NCBI GenBank assembly: GCA_046346665.1
Contig: JAXMHQ010000014.1
Coordinates: 41,877-105,876 of the forward strand
Source: Verrucomicrobiota bacterium
Lineage (GTDB): Bacteria; Verrucomicrobiota; Verrucomicrobiia; Limisphaerales; JAXMHQ01
Reading direction: 5' to 3'
Length of the DNA stretch: 64,000 bases
The notes beneath the pieces were generated by a model. The model searched no databases. It had not been told where the DNA came from and saw only the letters and a program-made list of their open reading frames with translations. A program made the translations under genes and the position numbers. Shown here in pieces: positions 36,390 to 44,693 of this stretch. Numbering within the stretch: position 1 is the stretch's first letter; each line of letters starts with the position of its first letter.

Positions 36390-37078
36390 ACACCCCAAAA
36401 TCACCCGTCGCCCTCATCATCGATGACGAACCCCAAATCCGGCGGTTGCTGCGCGTGACACTCGAGGGCAACGGCTACCGCGTTTGCGACGCAGCCACCG
36501 GAAACGACGGCGTCCTGCAGGCCGCGCAATCCCGGCCGGATGTCATCCTGCTCGATCTCGGCCTGCCCGACCTCGACGGTCTCAAAGTTCTCAAACGCAT
36601 CCGCGAATGGAGCCGCGTGCCCATTCTCATCCTCTCCGTGCGCGACCAGGAGCAGGACAAGGTCGCCGCGCTCGACGGCGGCGCCAATGATTACGTCACC
36701 AAGCCGTTCAATTCCGCCGAACTGCTGGCCCGGCTCCGCGCCGCGCTCCGACAGGTCCAGCCCCAGGGAGCCGACGCCATTTTCCAGAGCGGCCACCTGG
36801 AGGTGGACCTCGCGGCCCGCATCGTGCGGAAGAGCGGGACGGAAGTGAAACTCACCCCGACGGAATATTCGTTGCTCCGGCTCTTCGTGCTCCACGCCGG
36901 CAAGGTGCTCACCCACCGCCAGATTCTCGCCGAAATCTGGGGCCCGAACGCGGTGAAGGAAACCCAGTATCTCCGAGTCCACATCGCCCACCTGCGCGAC
37001 AAAATCGAGAAGGACCCCGCCCGCCCGCAAATGATCGTGACCGAATCCGGCATCGGCTACCGCCTGCTGGCACTCTAA
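36386..37078 (+). CDS. kdpE: OmpR-family response regulator KdpE
   Basis: 230 aa. ALIIDDEPQIRR...ILLDLGLPDLDG...KPF, then a winged-helix C-terminus (TPTEYSLLRLF...GIGYRL). ATGA overlap with kdpD. Confidence 0.95.
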   Translation: MNTPKSPVALIIDDEPQIRRLLRVTLEGNGYRVCDAATGNDGVLQAAQSRPDVILLDLGLPDLDGLKVLKRIREWSRVPILILSVRDQEQDKVAALDGGANDYVTKPFNSAELLARLRAALRQVQPQGADAIFQSGHLEVDLAARIVRKSGTEVKLTPTEYSLLRLFVLHAGKVLTHRQILAEIWGPNAVKETQYLRVHIAHLRDKIEKDPARPQMIVTESGIGYRLLAL

Positions 37079-37268
37079 ATCCTGCCTCTCGCCGTTCCTT
37101 CCCGCGGCTCGCACTCGCGGCCCGCCTCGGCTCCAGGGTTTCTCCATCCCCGGGGTTGAAAGCCATCGGATTACTTCTTGCCGTGAACCTCGGCCGGACC
37201 CGGTAGTTTTTGCCTGTTTTGGAGGGGGCCGGTTGCGGAACTCCTTGTTTTACAGGCAATTCCTGCAC

Positions 37269-37284
37269 TGGCATTGCCGTTGCT
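37269..37284 (+). promoter_or_regulatory. sigma-54 (-24/-12) type promoter upstream of flgB
   Basis: TGGCATtgccgTTGCT matches the consensus TGGCAC-N5-TTGCW with the GG-N10-GC spacing intact. It ends 23 nt before the flgB ATG. The extended sequence tggcat-N5-ktgctcaacag recurs upstream of flgF (60056). Confidence 0.7.
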
Positions 37285-37306
37285 CAACAGACTCGGAAAA
37301 TTTTGC

Positions 37307-37684
37307 ATGATTGATGCGCTTTTCAACGATCCGAGCTACCTGGCCGGCAAAAAAACGCTCGACGCCATCGCCGTCCGGCAGCAGGCGATCGCCAGCAATA
37401 TTGCCAACCTGGAAACGCCGGGCTATCGCCGCGTCGATCTCGCCTCGTCGTTCAATGCCGAACTGGAACGCGCCTGCGCCTCGGGCGACGCGCGCCAGAT
37501 CGAGGCCATCAAACCCACCATCGCCGCCGACACCAGCGCCGTCCCTAACGGGCGCGACGGCAACACGGTGAATCTCGAGCAGGAAATGATGATTCTGAAC
37601 CAAAACGTCCTCGCGCACACGGTGCAATCCCAGTTGATCAGCGACACCCTGATCAAAATGCGCCTCGCGATCAGCGGCAAATAG
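37307..37684 (+). CDS. flgB: flagellar basal-body rod protein FlgB
   Basis: MIDALFND...RQQAIASNIANLETPGYRR is the rod-protein N-terminal motif. The ATG at 37307 is chosen because the track TTG start at 37274 lies inside the promoter motif. Confidence 0.9.
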   Translation: MIDALFNDPSYLAGKKTLDAIAVRQQAIASNIANLETPGYRRVDLASSFNAELERACASGDARQIEAIKPTIAADTSAVPNGRDGNTVNLEQEMMILNQNVLAHTVQSQLISDTLIKMRLAISGK

Positions 37685-37695
37685 CCTGACAACCT

Positions 37696-38121
37696 ATGAT
37701 TGACATTCTCCAGGGCATCCAAAGCACCGGCGCGGCGCTCAAGGCCGAGAGCACCCGCCTGGACGTGATTTCCGAAAACATCGCCAACGCCCAGACCACC
37801 CGCGGACCCGACGGCAAACCTTATCAGCGCCAGGTCGTGGTTTTCGAAACCAGCCTGCAAAAGGCCATCGACGGCAGCAACGGCGCCTCGCCGTCGCTCA
37901 TCGGCGCCCGCGTTCAGAAGGATTCCCGCCCGCCCATCAAGGTTTACCGCCCGGGCCATCCCGACGCCGACGCCAGCGGCATGGTCTCGATGCCGGACGT
38001 GAATGTTCACGAGGAAATGGCCGACATGATCGCCGCCTCGCGCGCGTTCGAAGCCAACCTCGCCGTCGTCAAAAACGCGCGCAACATGGCCATGGCCACC
38101 CTCGCCATCGGGAAGAAATAA
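37696..38121 (+). CDS. flgC: flagellar basal-body rod protein FlgC
   Basis: 141 aa. LDVISENIANAQTTRGPDGKPYQRQ...MPDVNVHEEMADMIAASRAFEANL. Confidence 0.95.
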   Translation: MIDILQGIQSTGAALKAESTRLDVISENIANAQTTRGPDGKPYQRQVVVFETSLQKAIDGSNGASPSLIGARVQKDSRPPIKVYRPGHPDADASGMVSMPDVNVHEEMADMIAASRAFEANLAVVKNARNMAMATLAIGKK

Positions 38122-38146
38122 TCCGACCTGACCCGGCCACAACCTC

Positions 38147-38500
38147 ATGTTACCCCTCTCCTCCATCCACACCGCGATGCCGGCCTATGCGCCCGTGGTG
38201 CGCCCGGAGATGGTGCCGGGGATGGATTCGCCCCTGCCGGTGCAGCAGCCCGGCGAAGTCACGTCCACGCCGTCCACCGGCGAATCGTTCGGCTCCATGC
38301 TCGGGCGCATGGTCGAGGAGGTTAACAACAAGCAAACCGCCGCCAGCCAGGCTGTCCAGGGCCTCCAGAGCGGCGGCAACGTCTCCCTCCACCAGGCCGT
38401 CATCGCCATGGAGGAAGCCAGCGTCTCCTTTCAATTGATGGTCGAGGTCCGCAACCGCCTCCTCGAATCCTATCAGGAAATCATGCGCATGCAGGTCTAA
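38147..38500 (+). CDS. fliE: flagellar hook-basal body protein FliE
   Basis: 117 aa. FGSMLGRMVEEVNNKQ...VSLHQAVIAMEEASVSFQLMVEVRNRLLESYQEIMRMQV is the FliE C-terminal signature. Confidence 0.9.
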   Translation: MLPLSSIHTAMPAYAPVVRPEMVPGMDSPLPVQQPGEVTSTPSTGESFGSMLGRMVEEVNNKQTAASQAVQGLQSGGNVSLHQAVIAMEEASVSFQLMVEVRNRLLESYQEIMRMQV

Positions 38501-38514
38501 GCCAATCGCCTTAA

Positions 38515-40143
38515 ATGAATCAGAACCTGTCCAAACTCGCCGCCCAGCTCCGCGACATCTGGAGCCAGCTCGGAGCCAGCCAGCGCCTCAGCATCCTCTC
38601 CGCCACCGTCGTCCTCGCCGGCGGCCTCGTCGCCCTCGCGCTCTGGTCCTCCCACACCGAATTCAGCCTCCTCTACGGACGCCTCTCGGAAAGCGAATCC
38701 GCCAAGGTCATCTCCGCCCTCGACGACGCCAAGGTCCCCTACAAAATCGGCTCCGGCGGCGGCTCCATCCTCGTCCCCTCGGACAAAGTCTACCTCCTCC
38801 GCATGCAGCTCGCCGGACGCGGCATCCCCCGCGGCGACGGCGTCGGGTTTGAGATTTTCGACAAACCCAACTTCGGCATTTCGGATTTCGTCCAGCGCGC
38901 CAATTACGTCCGCGCCGTCCAGGGCGAACTGGCCCGCACCATCGGCCAGCTCGACGAGGTCGAGTCCGCCCGCGTCATGATCGTCCTTCCCGAAAACCGG
39001 CTGCTGCTCGACAAGGACAAGCACCCCACCGCCAGCGTGTTCATCCGCGTCCACGGCAACACCCAGCTCCAGCCGACCGCCATCAATTCCATCCGCTTCC
39101 TCGTCGCCAATTCCGTCGAAGGCCTCAAACCCAACAACGTCTCCGTCGTCGACAACCTCGGCAACGTGCTTTCGGAAAACTCCGACAACGATTCGCTCAC
39201 CGGCCTCACCGCCACCCAGCTCACCGTCCGCCGCAACCTCGAACAATACCTCGGCAAGAAAGCCCAGGACGTGCTCGAAAAAGTCCTCGGCCCCGGCCAG
39301 GCCATCGTCCGCGTCTCCGCCGAGGTCAATTTCGACACCATCACCCGGACCGAGGAGAAATTCGACCCGGACGGCCAGGTGATCCGGACGCAGACGAAGA
39401 ACGACGAAAACAACGATTCCACCACCTCCACAGCCAGCACCGGGCCCACGGGCGTTTCGGTCAACACCGCCACGGACACCAACGCCGTCCAGACCGCTTC
39501 CGGCCCGGTCAACAACACCAAGAACCGCAAGACCACTTCCACCATCGAATACGAAGTCGGCAAGAGCACGAGCAACATCATCCAGGCCGCCGGCGGCATC
39601 AAAAAACTGTCCGCCTCCGTCACGATCGCCTCCCGCTACGAAGGTCAGGGCGCGGACCGCAAGCTGGTCAAACGCCCCGAGGCCGAGCTCGAACAGCTCC
39701 GCCGCCTCGTCCAGAGCGCCGTCGGCATCCAGGTCGGCGCGGAAAACACCCGCGGCGACATGCTCGCCCTGGAGGAGATGCCCTTCAACGACCAGTTCGC
39801 AGCCGACTTGAGCCGCGAACTCGATCAGCAGCAGAAACACCAGTTCTGGTGGGACATCGCCCGCAACGCCGTCTACCCCGCGCTCGGCCTCGGCGCCCTC
39901 CTGTTCCTCGTCGTCCTTTTCAAACGCACTCCCGTCCAGGAAATCCCCATCGGCGTCCCCGTCGGCCGCCTGACCGGCAGCCGCAGCCCCGGAACCGGCG
40001 GCGCAGCCCAGCCCGACTGGATGAACGGCACCCAGCCCGGCGTCGTCACGGTCGACGTGCTCAACCGGCTCGTGAAGGAAAATCCCGCCAACATGACCCA
40101 GGCCATCCGGGAATGGCTGAACCGCAGCCACCCCGCTGAATAA
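38515..40143 (+). CDS. fliF: flagellar MS-ring protein FliF
   Basis: 542 aa. N-terminal TM, then LLYGRLSESESAKVISALDDAKVPYKI...FEIFD..NFGISDFVQRANYVRAVQGELARTI, and a C-terminal TM. Confidence 0.95.
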   Translation: MNQNLSKLAAQLRDIWSQLGASQRLSILSATVVLAGGLVALALWSSHTEFSLLYGRLSESESAKVISALDDAKVPYKIGSGGGSILVPSDKVYLLRMQLAGRGIPRGDGVGFEIFDKPNFGISDFVQRANYVRAVQGELARTIGQLDEVESARVMIVLPENRLLLDKDKHPTASVFIRVHGNTQLQPTAINSIRFLVANSVEGLKPNNVSVVDNLGNVLSENSDNDSLTGLTATQLTVRRNLEQYLGKKAQDVLEKVLGPGQAIVRVSAEVNFDTITRTEEKFDPDGQVIRTQTKNDENNDSTTSTASTGPTGVSVNTATDTNAVQTASGPVNNTKNRKTTSTIEYEVGKSTSNIIQAAGGIKKLSASVTIASRYEGQGADRKLVKRPEAELEQLRRLVQSAVGIQVGAENTRGDMLALEEMPFNDQFAADLSRELDQQQKHQFWWDIARNAVYPALGLGALLFLVVLFKRTPVQEIPIGVPVGRLTGSRSPGTGGAAQPDWMNGTQPGVVTVDVLNRLVKENPANMTQAIREWLNRSHPAE

Positions 40144-40148
40144 TTGCC

Positions 40149-41192
40149 ATGCCCGCACTTGCCGACAATCCAGCCGAAGCCGCATCCGGCGCGATGAACA
40201 AGCTCCAGCAGCTTGCCGCGCTGCTCGTCATGCTCGGGTCCGACGCCTCCGCCCAGATTCTCAAGCAGTTCGAGCCCCGCGAGGTCGAGGCCATCTCCCG
40301 CGAAATGGCCCGGTTCAGCCTCATCACCCAGGAGCAACAGGAGGAAATCCTCCGCGAATTCTCCGGGGTCGCCATCGCCGCCAGCACCTCCATCACCGCC
40401 GGCGTCGAGGTCACCCGCAACACCCTCGAAAAAGCCCTCGGCACTTTCAAGGCCAGCGATATTCTCGGCCGCGTCCTGCCCGCCCGCGCCCCCGTCGGCG
40501 CCATGCAAAGCATCGCCGACATGGACCCGCGCCATATTTTCAACCTGATCCGCGACGAACAGGTCCAGACCATCGCGTTCATCCTGAGTTATCTCACCCC
40601 CGAACGCGCCGCCCAGGTCTTCGCCCTGCTCCGGCCCGAGCAGCGGGACAAAATCATCGAACGCCTCGCCACCCTCTCCCCCACGCCGGTCGAAGTCGGC
40701 GAACGCGTCGTCGAAGTGCTCAACGCCAAGCTCGGCATCAAGCAAACCCGCGCCCTGTCCCAGACCGGCGGCGTCACCACCGCGGCCGACATTCTCAACG
40801 CGATGGACAAAACCGTCAGCCGCGCCCTGCTCACCAGCATCGAGGAACGCAACCCCGAGCTGTGCGGCGCGATCCGCAAGAAAATGTTCACGTTCGAGGA
40901 CCTGCTGCTCCTCGGGCCCCAGGCGATCCAGCGCATCATGCGCGAAACCGACATGCGCGACCTCGCCATGGCGCTCAAGAAAGCCAGCGATCCGCTCAAG
41001 AAACTGCTGCTGTCGAACATCTCGCGCCGCGGCGCCGAGGCCGTCCAGGACGAAATGTCCATGATGGGCCAGATGAAGCTGCGCGATGTCGAAGCCGCCC
41101 AGTTCCGGATCATCGACGCCGTCCGCAAACTCGAGGCCGAGGGTGAAATCGAGCTCGACCAGTCCAGCTCGGGGGAAAATGAAGTCGTCTAA
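40149..41192 (+). CDS. fliG: flagellar motor switch protein FliG
   Basis: 347 aa. QKAAALLVMLG-like QLAALLVMLGSDASAQILK. IRKKMFTFEDL. Torque-helix region LKLRDVEAAQFRIIDAVRKLEAEGEI. Confidence 0.95.
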   Translation: MPALADNPAEAASGAMNKLQQLAALLVMLGSDASAQILKQFEPREVEAISREMARFSLITQEQQEEILREFSGVAIAASTSITAGVEVTRNTLEKALGTFKASDILGRVLPARAPVGAMQSIADMDPRHIFNLIRDEQVQTIAFILSYLTPERAAQVFALLRPEQRDKIIERLATLSPTPVEVGERVVEVLNAKLGIKQTRALSQTGGVTTAADILNAMDKTVSRALLTSIEERNPELCGAIRKKMFTFEDLLLLGPQAIQRIMRETDMRDLAMALKKASDPLKKLLLSNISRRGAEAVQDEMSMMGQMKLRDVEAAQFRIIDAVRKLEAEGEIELDQSSSGENEVV

Positions 41193-41763
41193 AACCATCC
41201 GGTTGTCCCTGCCGCTCCGCGATGTCCGGCTTGCCGGATCCACGGACGCGGACGAAGCCCGCCGGCTCGAGGAGCTCGAGAAGGCCGCCTACGCGCGCGG
41301 CGCTCACGACAGCGAGAAAACCCTGCGGCGCGAACTCGTCCAGCAGCGCGCCGAGCTGCTCGAACTCCACCAGGGCGTCGTCTCCGCGCTCCGCTCCATC
41401 GTCCCACAGGTCGGCGCCGACACCGAGAAAGCCCTCGTCAACCTCGCCCTCGAAGCCGCCCAGAAAATCGTCGCCGGCATGCCCATCGCCCCCAAGATGG
41501 TCGAAGCCGTCGTGCGCGAAGCCGTCGGCCAGGCCGAGGACAGCGCCGAAATCACCATCCACCTCCACCCCGACGACCTCGCCCTCCTGCGCAAACATCA
41601 ATCGCCCATTTTGCAGGGCCTCCCCGAAACCGGCCCGCTCCGGTTCGCCAACTCGTCCGAGGTCACCCGCGGCGGCTGCATGGTCCACACCCGCTTCGGC
41701 CTGCTCGACGCCCGGCGCGAAACCAAGATCGAACAGCTCCGCAACGCCCTCACCGCCGCATGA
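41179..41763 (+). CDS. fliH: flagellar assembly protein FliH
   Basis: 194 aa from the ATG at 41179 (14-nt overlap with fliG). AYARGAHDSEKTLRRE...IHLHPDDLALL...GGCMVHTRFGLLDARRETKIEQL is typical of the FliH C-terminus. Confidence 0.8.
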   Translation: MKSSKTIRLSLPLRDVRLAGSTDADEARRLEELEKAAYARGAHDSEKTLRRELVQQRAELLELHQGVVSALRSIVPQVGADTEKALVNLALEAAQKIVAGMPIAPKMVEAVVREAVGQAEDSAEITIHLHPDDLALLRKHQSPILQGLPETGPLRFANSSEVTRGGCMVHTRFGLLDARRETKIEQLRNALTAA

Positions 41764-43142
41764 AACCCGCGGGACCCTGCCTCAATCAACGGCTCGATTC
41801 GGCCCTGCGCAGCCTGCGCCAGACCCGCGTCACCGAAACCTGCGGCCGCGTCGTCCAGGTCATCGGCCTCGTCATCGAGTCCGAAGGCCCCATCGCCGCC
41901 GTCGGCGAAATGTGCCGCATCGAATCCGCCCGGCACGACGGATACACCCTCGCCGAAGTGGTCGGGTTCCGGAATCATCACCTGCTCCTCATGCCGCTCG
42001 GCGAACTCCGCGGCATCCATCCCGGCAGCGAAGTCATCGCCACCGGCGCCCCCATGCAGGTGCCCGTCGGACCCGAACTCAAAGGACGCGTCCTCGACGG
42101 CCTCGGCCATCCGCTCGACAATCTCGGCCCCGTCCGCGCCCTGCACTCGGCCGGGCTCAATCTCCAGCCGCCGCACCCGCTCAAACGCCAGCGGATCCGC
42201 GACGTGTTCCAGACCGGCATCAAGGCCATCGACACCTTCACACCCTGCGGCCGCGGCCAGCGCATGGGCATCTTCGCCGGATCCGGCGTCGGCAAGTCCA
42301 CCCTGCTCGGCATGATGGCCTCCCACGCCGAAGCGGACGTCAATGTCATCGCCCTGATCGGCGAACGCGGCCGCGAGGTGCGCGAATTCCTCGAGCGCGA
42401 CCTCGACGAAGCCGGCCGCCGCAAGTCGGTCGTCATCGTCGCCACGTCCAACGAACCCGCGCTGCACCGCGTCAAAGGCGCCTTTCTCGCCATGGCCATC
42501 GCGGAATATTTCCGCGACCAGGGCCAGAGCGTGCTGTTGATGATGGATTCCGTCACGCGCCTCGCGATGGCCCAGCGCGAGATCGGCCTCGCCGTCGGCG
42601 AACCGCCCACGACCCGCGGCTACACCCCGTCCGTGTTCTCGCTCCTGCCGCAATTGCTCGAACGCGCCGGCACCGGCGAATCCGGCGCCATCACGGGCCT
42701 GTTCACCGTGCTGGTCGAAGCCGACGACATGAACGACCCGATCGCCGACGCGACGCGCTCCATTCTGGACGGTCATATCGTGCTGACCCGCGAGCTGGCG
42801 ACGCAGAATCATTATCCCGCCATCGATGTGCTGGAGAGCGTCAGCCGGTTGAACCGCGATTTGTTGACCGAGGACCAGCTCCGGCTGGCGGCGACCGGCC
42901 GCGAGCACCTCGCCGTCTACCGGAAGAACCAGGACTTGATCAACATCGGCGCCTACCCCGCGGGCAGCAGCGCCGCCATCGACCATGCCATCGCGCTGCA
43001 CGACCCGCTCAACCGGTTCCTGCGGCAGAATGTCACCGAGGGATTCCCCGCTCCCGAAAGCTGGACCCAGCTTGCCCGCACGCTTTCCACGCCGCAGCCA
43101 GCCGTTCCGGCCACGGTCAAAGCCAATGCCAACAAAGGATGA
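41760..43142 (+). CDS. fliI: flagellum-specific ATPase FliI
   Basis: 460 aa. Walker A GSGVGKSTLLGMM, Walker B VLLMMDSVTR. Strong T3SS/F1-ATPase-like pattern. ATGA overlap with fliH. Confidence 0.97.
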   Translation: MKPAGPCLNQRLDSALRSLRQTRVTETCGRVVQVIGLVIESEGPIAAVGEMCRIESARHDGYTLAEVVGFRNHHLLLMPLGELRGIHPGSEVIATGAPMQVPVGPELKGRVLDGLGHPLDNLGPVRALHSAGLNLQPPHPLKRQRIRDVFQTGIKAIDTFTPCGRGQRMGIFAGSGVGKSTLLGMMASHAEADVNVIALIGERGREVREFLERDLDEAGRRKSVVIVATSNEPALHRVKGAFLAMAIAEYFRDQGQSVLLMMDSVTRLAMAQREIGLAVGEPPTTRGYTPSVFSLLPQLLERAGTGESGAITGLFTVLVEADDMNDPIADATRSILDGHIVLTRELATQNHYPAIDVLESVSRLNRDLLTEDQLRLAATGREHLAVYRKNQDLINIGAYPAGSSAAIDHAIALHDPLNRFLRQNVTEGFPAPESWTQLARTLSTPQPAVPATVKANANKG

Positions 43143-43146
43143 GACC

Positions 43147-43593
43147 ATGAAAACGACCCATGCCAGGCCCCGGGCCGCCCGCGATCCGAAAAAAAGCGGC
43201 CCGCGCAATTACGAACAGGCGCTGAAAGCCTGCGAAGCCGCCGCCGCGCGGATTCAGTCCGCCAGCCAGGAACTCGCCGCCGGCTGGAACGCGCTGTGCC
43301 GCGAGATCAGCGCCGGCGGTCCGCCCACCGAGCTGCTGCGCAAGCGCGCCTGGTGCAATGTGCTCGAGCTGCGCCTCAAGGAACAGGCCCACGCCCTCGA
43401 ACAGGCCCGGCAGGACATGGACCGCGTCTGGGAAGATCTTATGCTCACCGCCCGCGCCCGCGAGCTGTTCCATCGCTTCGTCCGCAAGGGCGCCGGCACC
43501 GAGTTCGTCCGGCGCGAAAGCATCCCGCTGCTGATCCGCACCGCCACGGCGCTCGCCGCCCAGCACGCCGGGCTGGTGCCTATCAAGAAATAA
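43147..43593 (+). CDS. FliJ-like paralog (diverged N- and C-termini)
   Basis: 148 aa. ATG 4 nt after the fliI stop. The core ASQELAAGWNALC...RAWCNVLELRLKE...ARELFHRF matches the following FliJ at 41 of 73 hand-aligned positions. It lacks the FRF N-terminus and the EEQKxLDE tail. Confidence 0.7.
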   Translation: MKTTHARPRAARDPKKSGPRNYEQALKACEAAAARIQSASQELAAGWNALCREISAGGPPTELLRKRAWCNVLELRLKEQAHALEQARQDMDRVWEDLMLTARARELFHRFVRKGAGTEFVRRESIPLLIRTATALAAQHAGLVPIKK

Positions 43594-43594
43594 G

Positions 43595-44080
43595 ATGAAA
43601 CCGTTCCGATTTTCCCTGCAGCCGATCCGCGTGCTCCGCGAACAGCGCGAGCGTGAGGCGCAGAAGGCTTTCGCCGCCGCCATGCGCCTCTGCGAGGAAG
43701 CCGCGCTCCAGCTCCAGCTCGCCAGCGACGAACTCGCCTCCGGCTGGAACGCCCTCTGCCAGGAACTCTCGGACGGCGTCAGCGCCACCAAGCTCGTCCG
43801 CACCCGCGCCTGGTGCAATGTGCTCGAATTCCGACAGAAGGAATGCAACGCCGCACTGCTGCGCGCCCGCCGCATGATGGACGACGCCTGGAAAGACATG
43901 ATGGCCTGCACGCGCGACCGCGAAACACTCGACCGTTACCACGACAAATGCCGCGCCGCCTGGCAGCGCGAAGCCGGCCGCGAAGAGCAGAAAAATCTCG
44001 ACGAATTGGGCCTGCGCCGCGCCACCGCGCCCGGCAGCCTCTTCCCCAATAACGACAGACCCGGAAAGGACCGGTTATGA
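43595..44080 (+). CDS. fliJ: flagellar export chaperone/stalk protein FliJ
   Basis: 161 aa. MKPFRFSLQPIRVLRE N-terminus, all-coiled-coil, and REEQKNLDE near the C-terminus are typical FliJ features. Position after fliI fits. Confidence 0.8.
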   Translation: MKPFRFSLQPIRVLREQREREAQKAFAAAMRLCEEAALQLQLASDELASGWNALCQELSDGVSATKLVRTRAWCNVLEFRQKECNAALLRARRMMDDAWKDMMACTRDRETLDRYHDKCRAAWQREAGREEQKNLDELGLRRATAPGSLFPNNDRPGKDRL

Positions 44081-44691
44081 TCCCACGCCTCCTCCAATCC
44101 GCCTGGTTCACCGCGCTCACCGGCTGCCTCCTGTTCCTCGGCGTCGTGGCCGCGCTCATCCAGCCGAACCGATTCCAAATCGTCCGCACCGCCATGGTCG
44201 AAGCCAAGGTGCCGCCCCAGGAATTGCCGTCCTGGAAATTCCGCAACCCCGAGTTCGACCAGTGGGTCGAGGAAATCCGCCGCCAGCGCGAAGCCCTCGC
44301 CGCCCGCGAACAGCAGCTCCAGGAACTCCAAACCCGGCTCGAAGCCCAGCGCCAGGAACTCATCGCCGCCACCCAGACCGTCTACCAGCTCCAGGCCGAG
44401 TTCGACAAAGGCGTCGTCCGCATCAAGGAACAGGAAACCGACAACCTCAAGCGCCAGGTCAAACTCGTGCTCAGCATGAGCCCCGACGGCGCCGCCGGCC
44501 TGCTCAAACAAATGAACGAGGACGAAGCCGTCCGCATCCTTTTCAGCATGAAAGCCGACGAAGCCAGCGGCATTCTCGAGACGCTCGGCAAGATGGGCAA
44601 ACCCGAAGCCCGCCTCGCCGCCAGCCTCACCGAACGCATTCTCCATACGCTGCCGCCCGAACCCGCCACACGCCCGAAAGCCGGACCCTGA
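44077..44691 (+). CDS. MotE/YlxF-like flagellar protein (MgtE_N-like domain)
   Basis: 204 aa. N-terminal TM, coiled coil, then MSPDGAAGLLKQMNEDEAVRILFSMKADEASGILETL (MgtE-N/FliG-like helical repeat). Same position as ylxF in the Bacillus fla operon. ATGA overlap with fliJ. Confidence 0.7.
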   Translation: MIPRLLQSAWFTALTGCLLFLGVVAALIQPNRFQIVRTAMVEAKVPPQELPSWKFRNPEFDQWVEEIRRQREALAAREQQLQELQTRLEAQRQELIAATQTVYQLQAEFDKGVVRIKEQETDNLKRQVKLVLSMSPDGAAGLLKQMNEDEAVRILFSMKADEASGILETLGKMGKPEARLAASLTERILHTLPPEPATRPKAGP

Positions 44692-44693
44692 TT

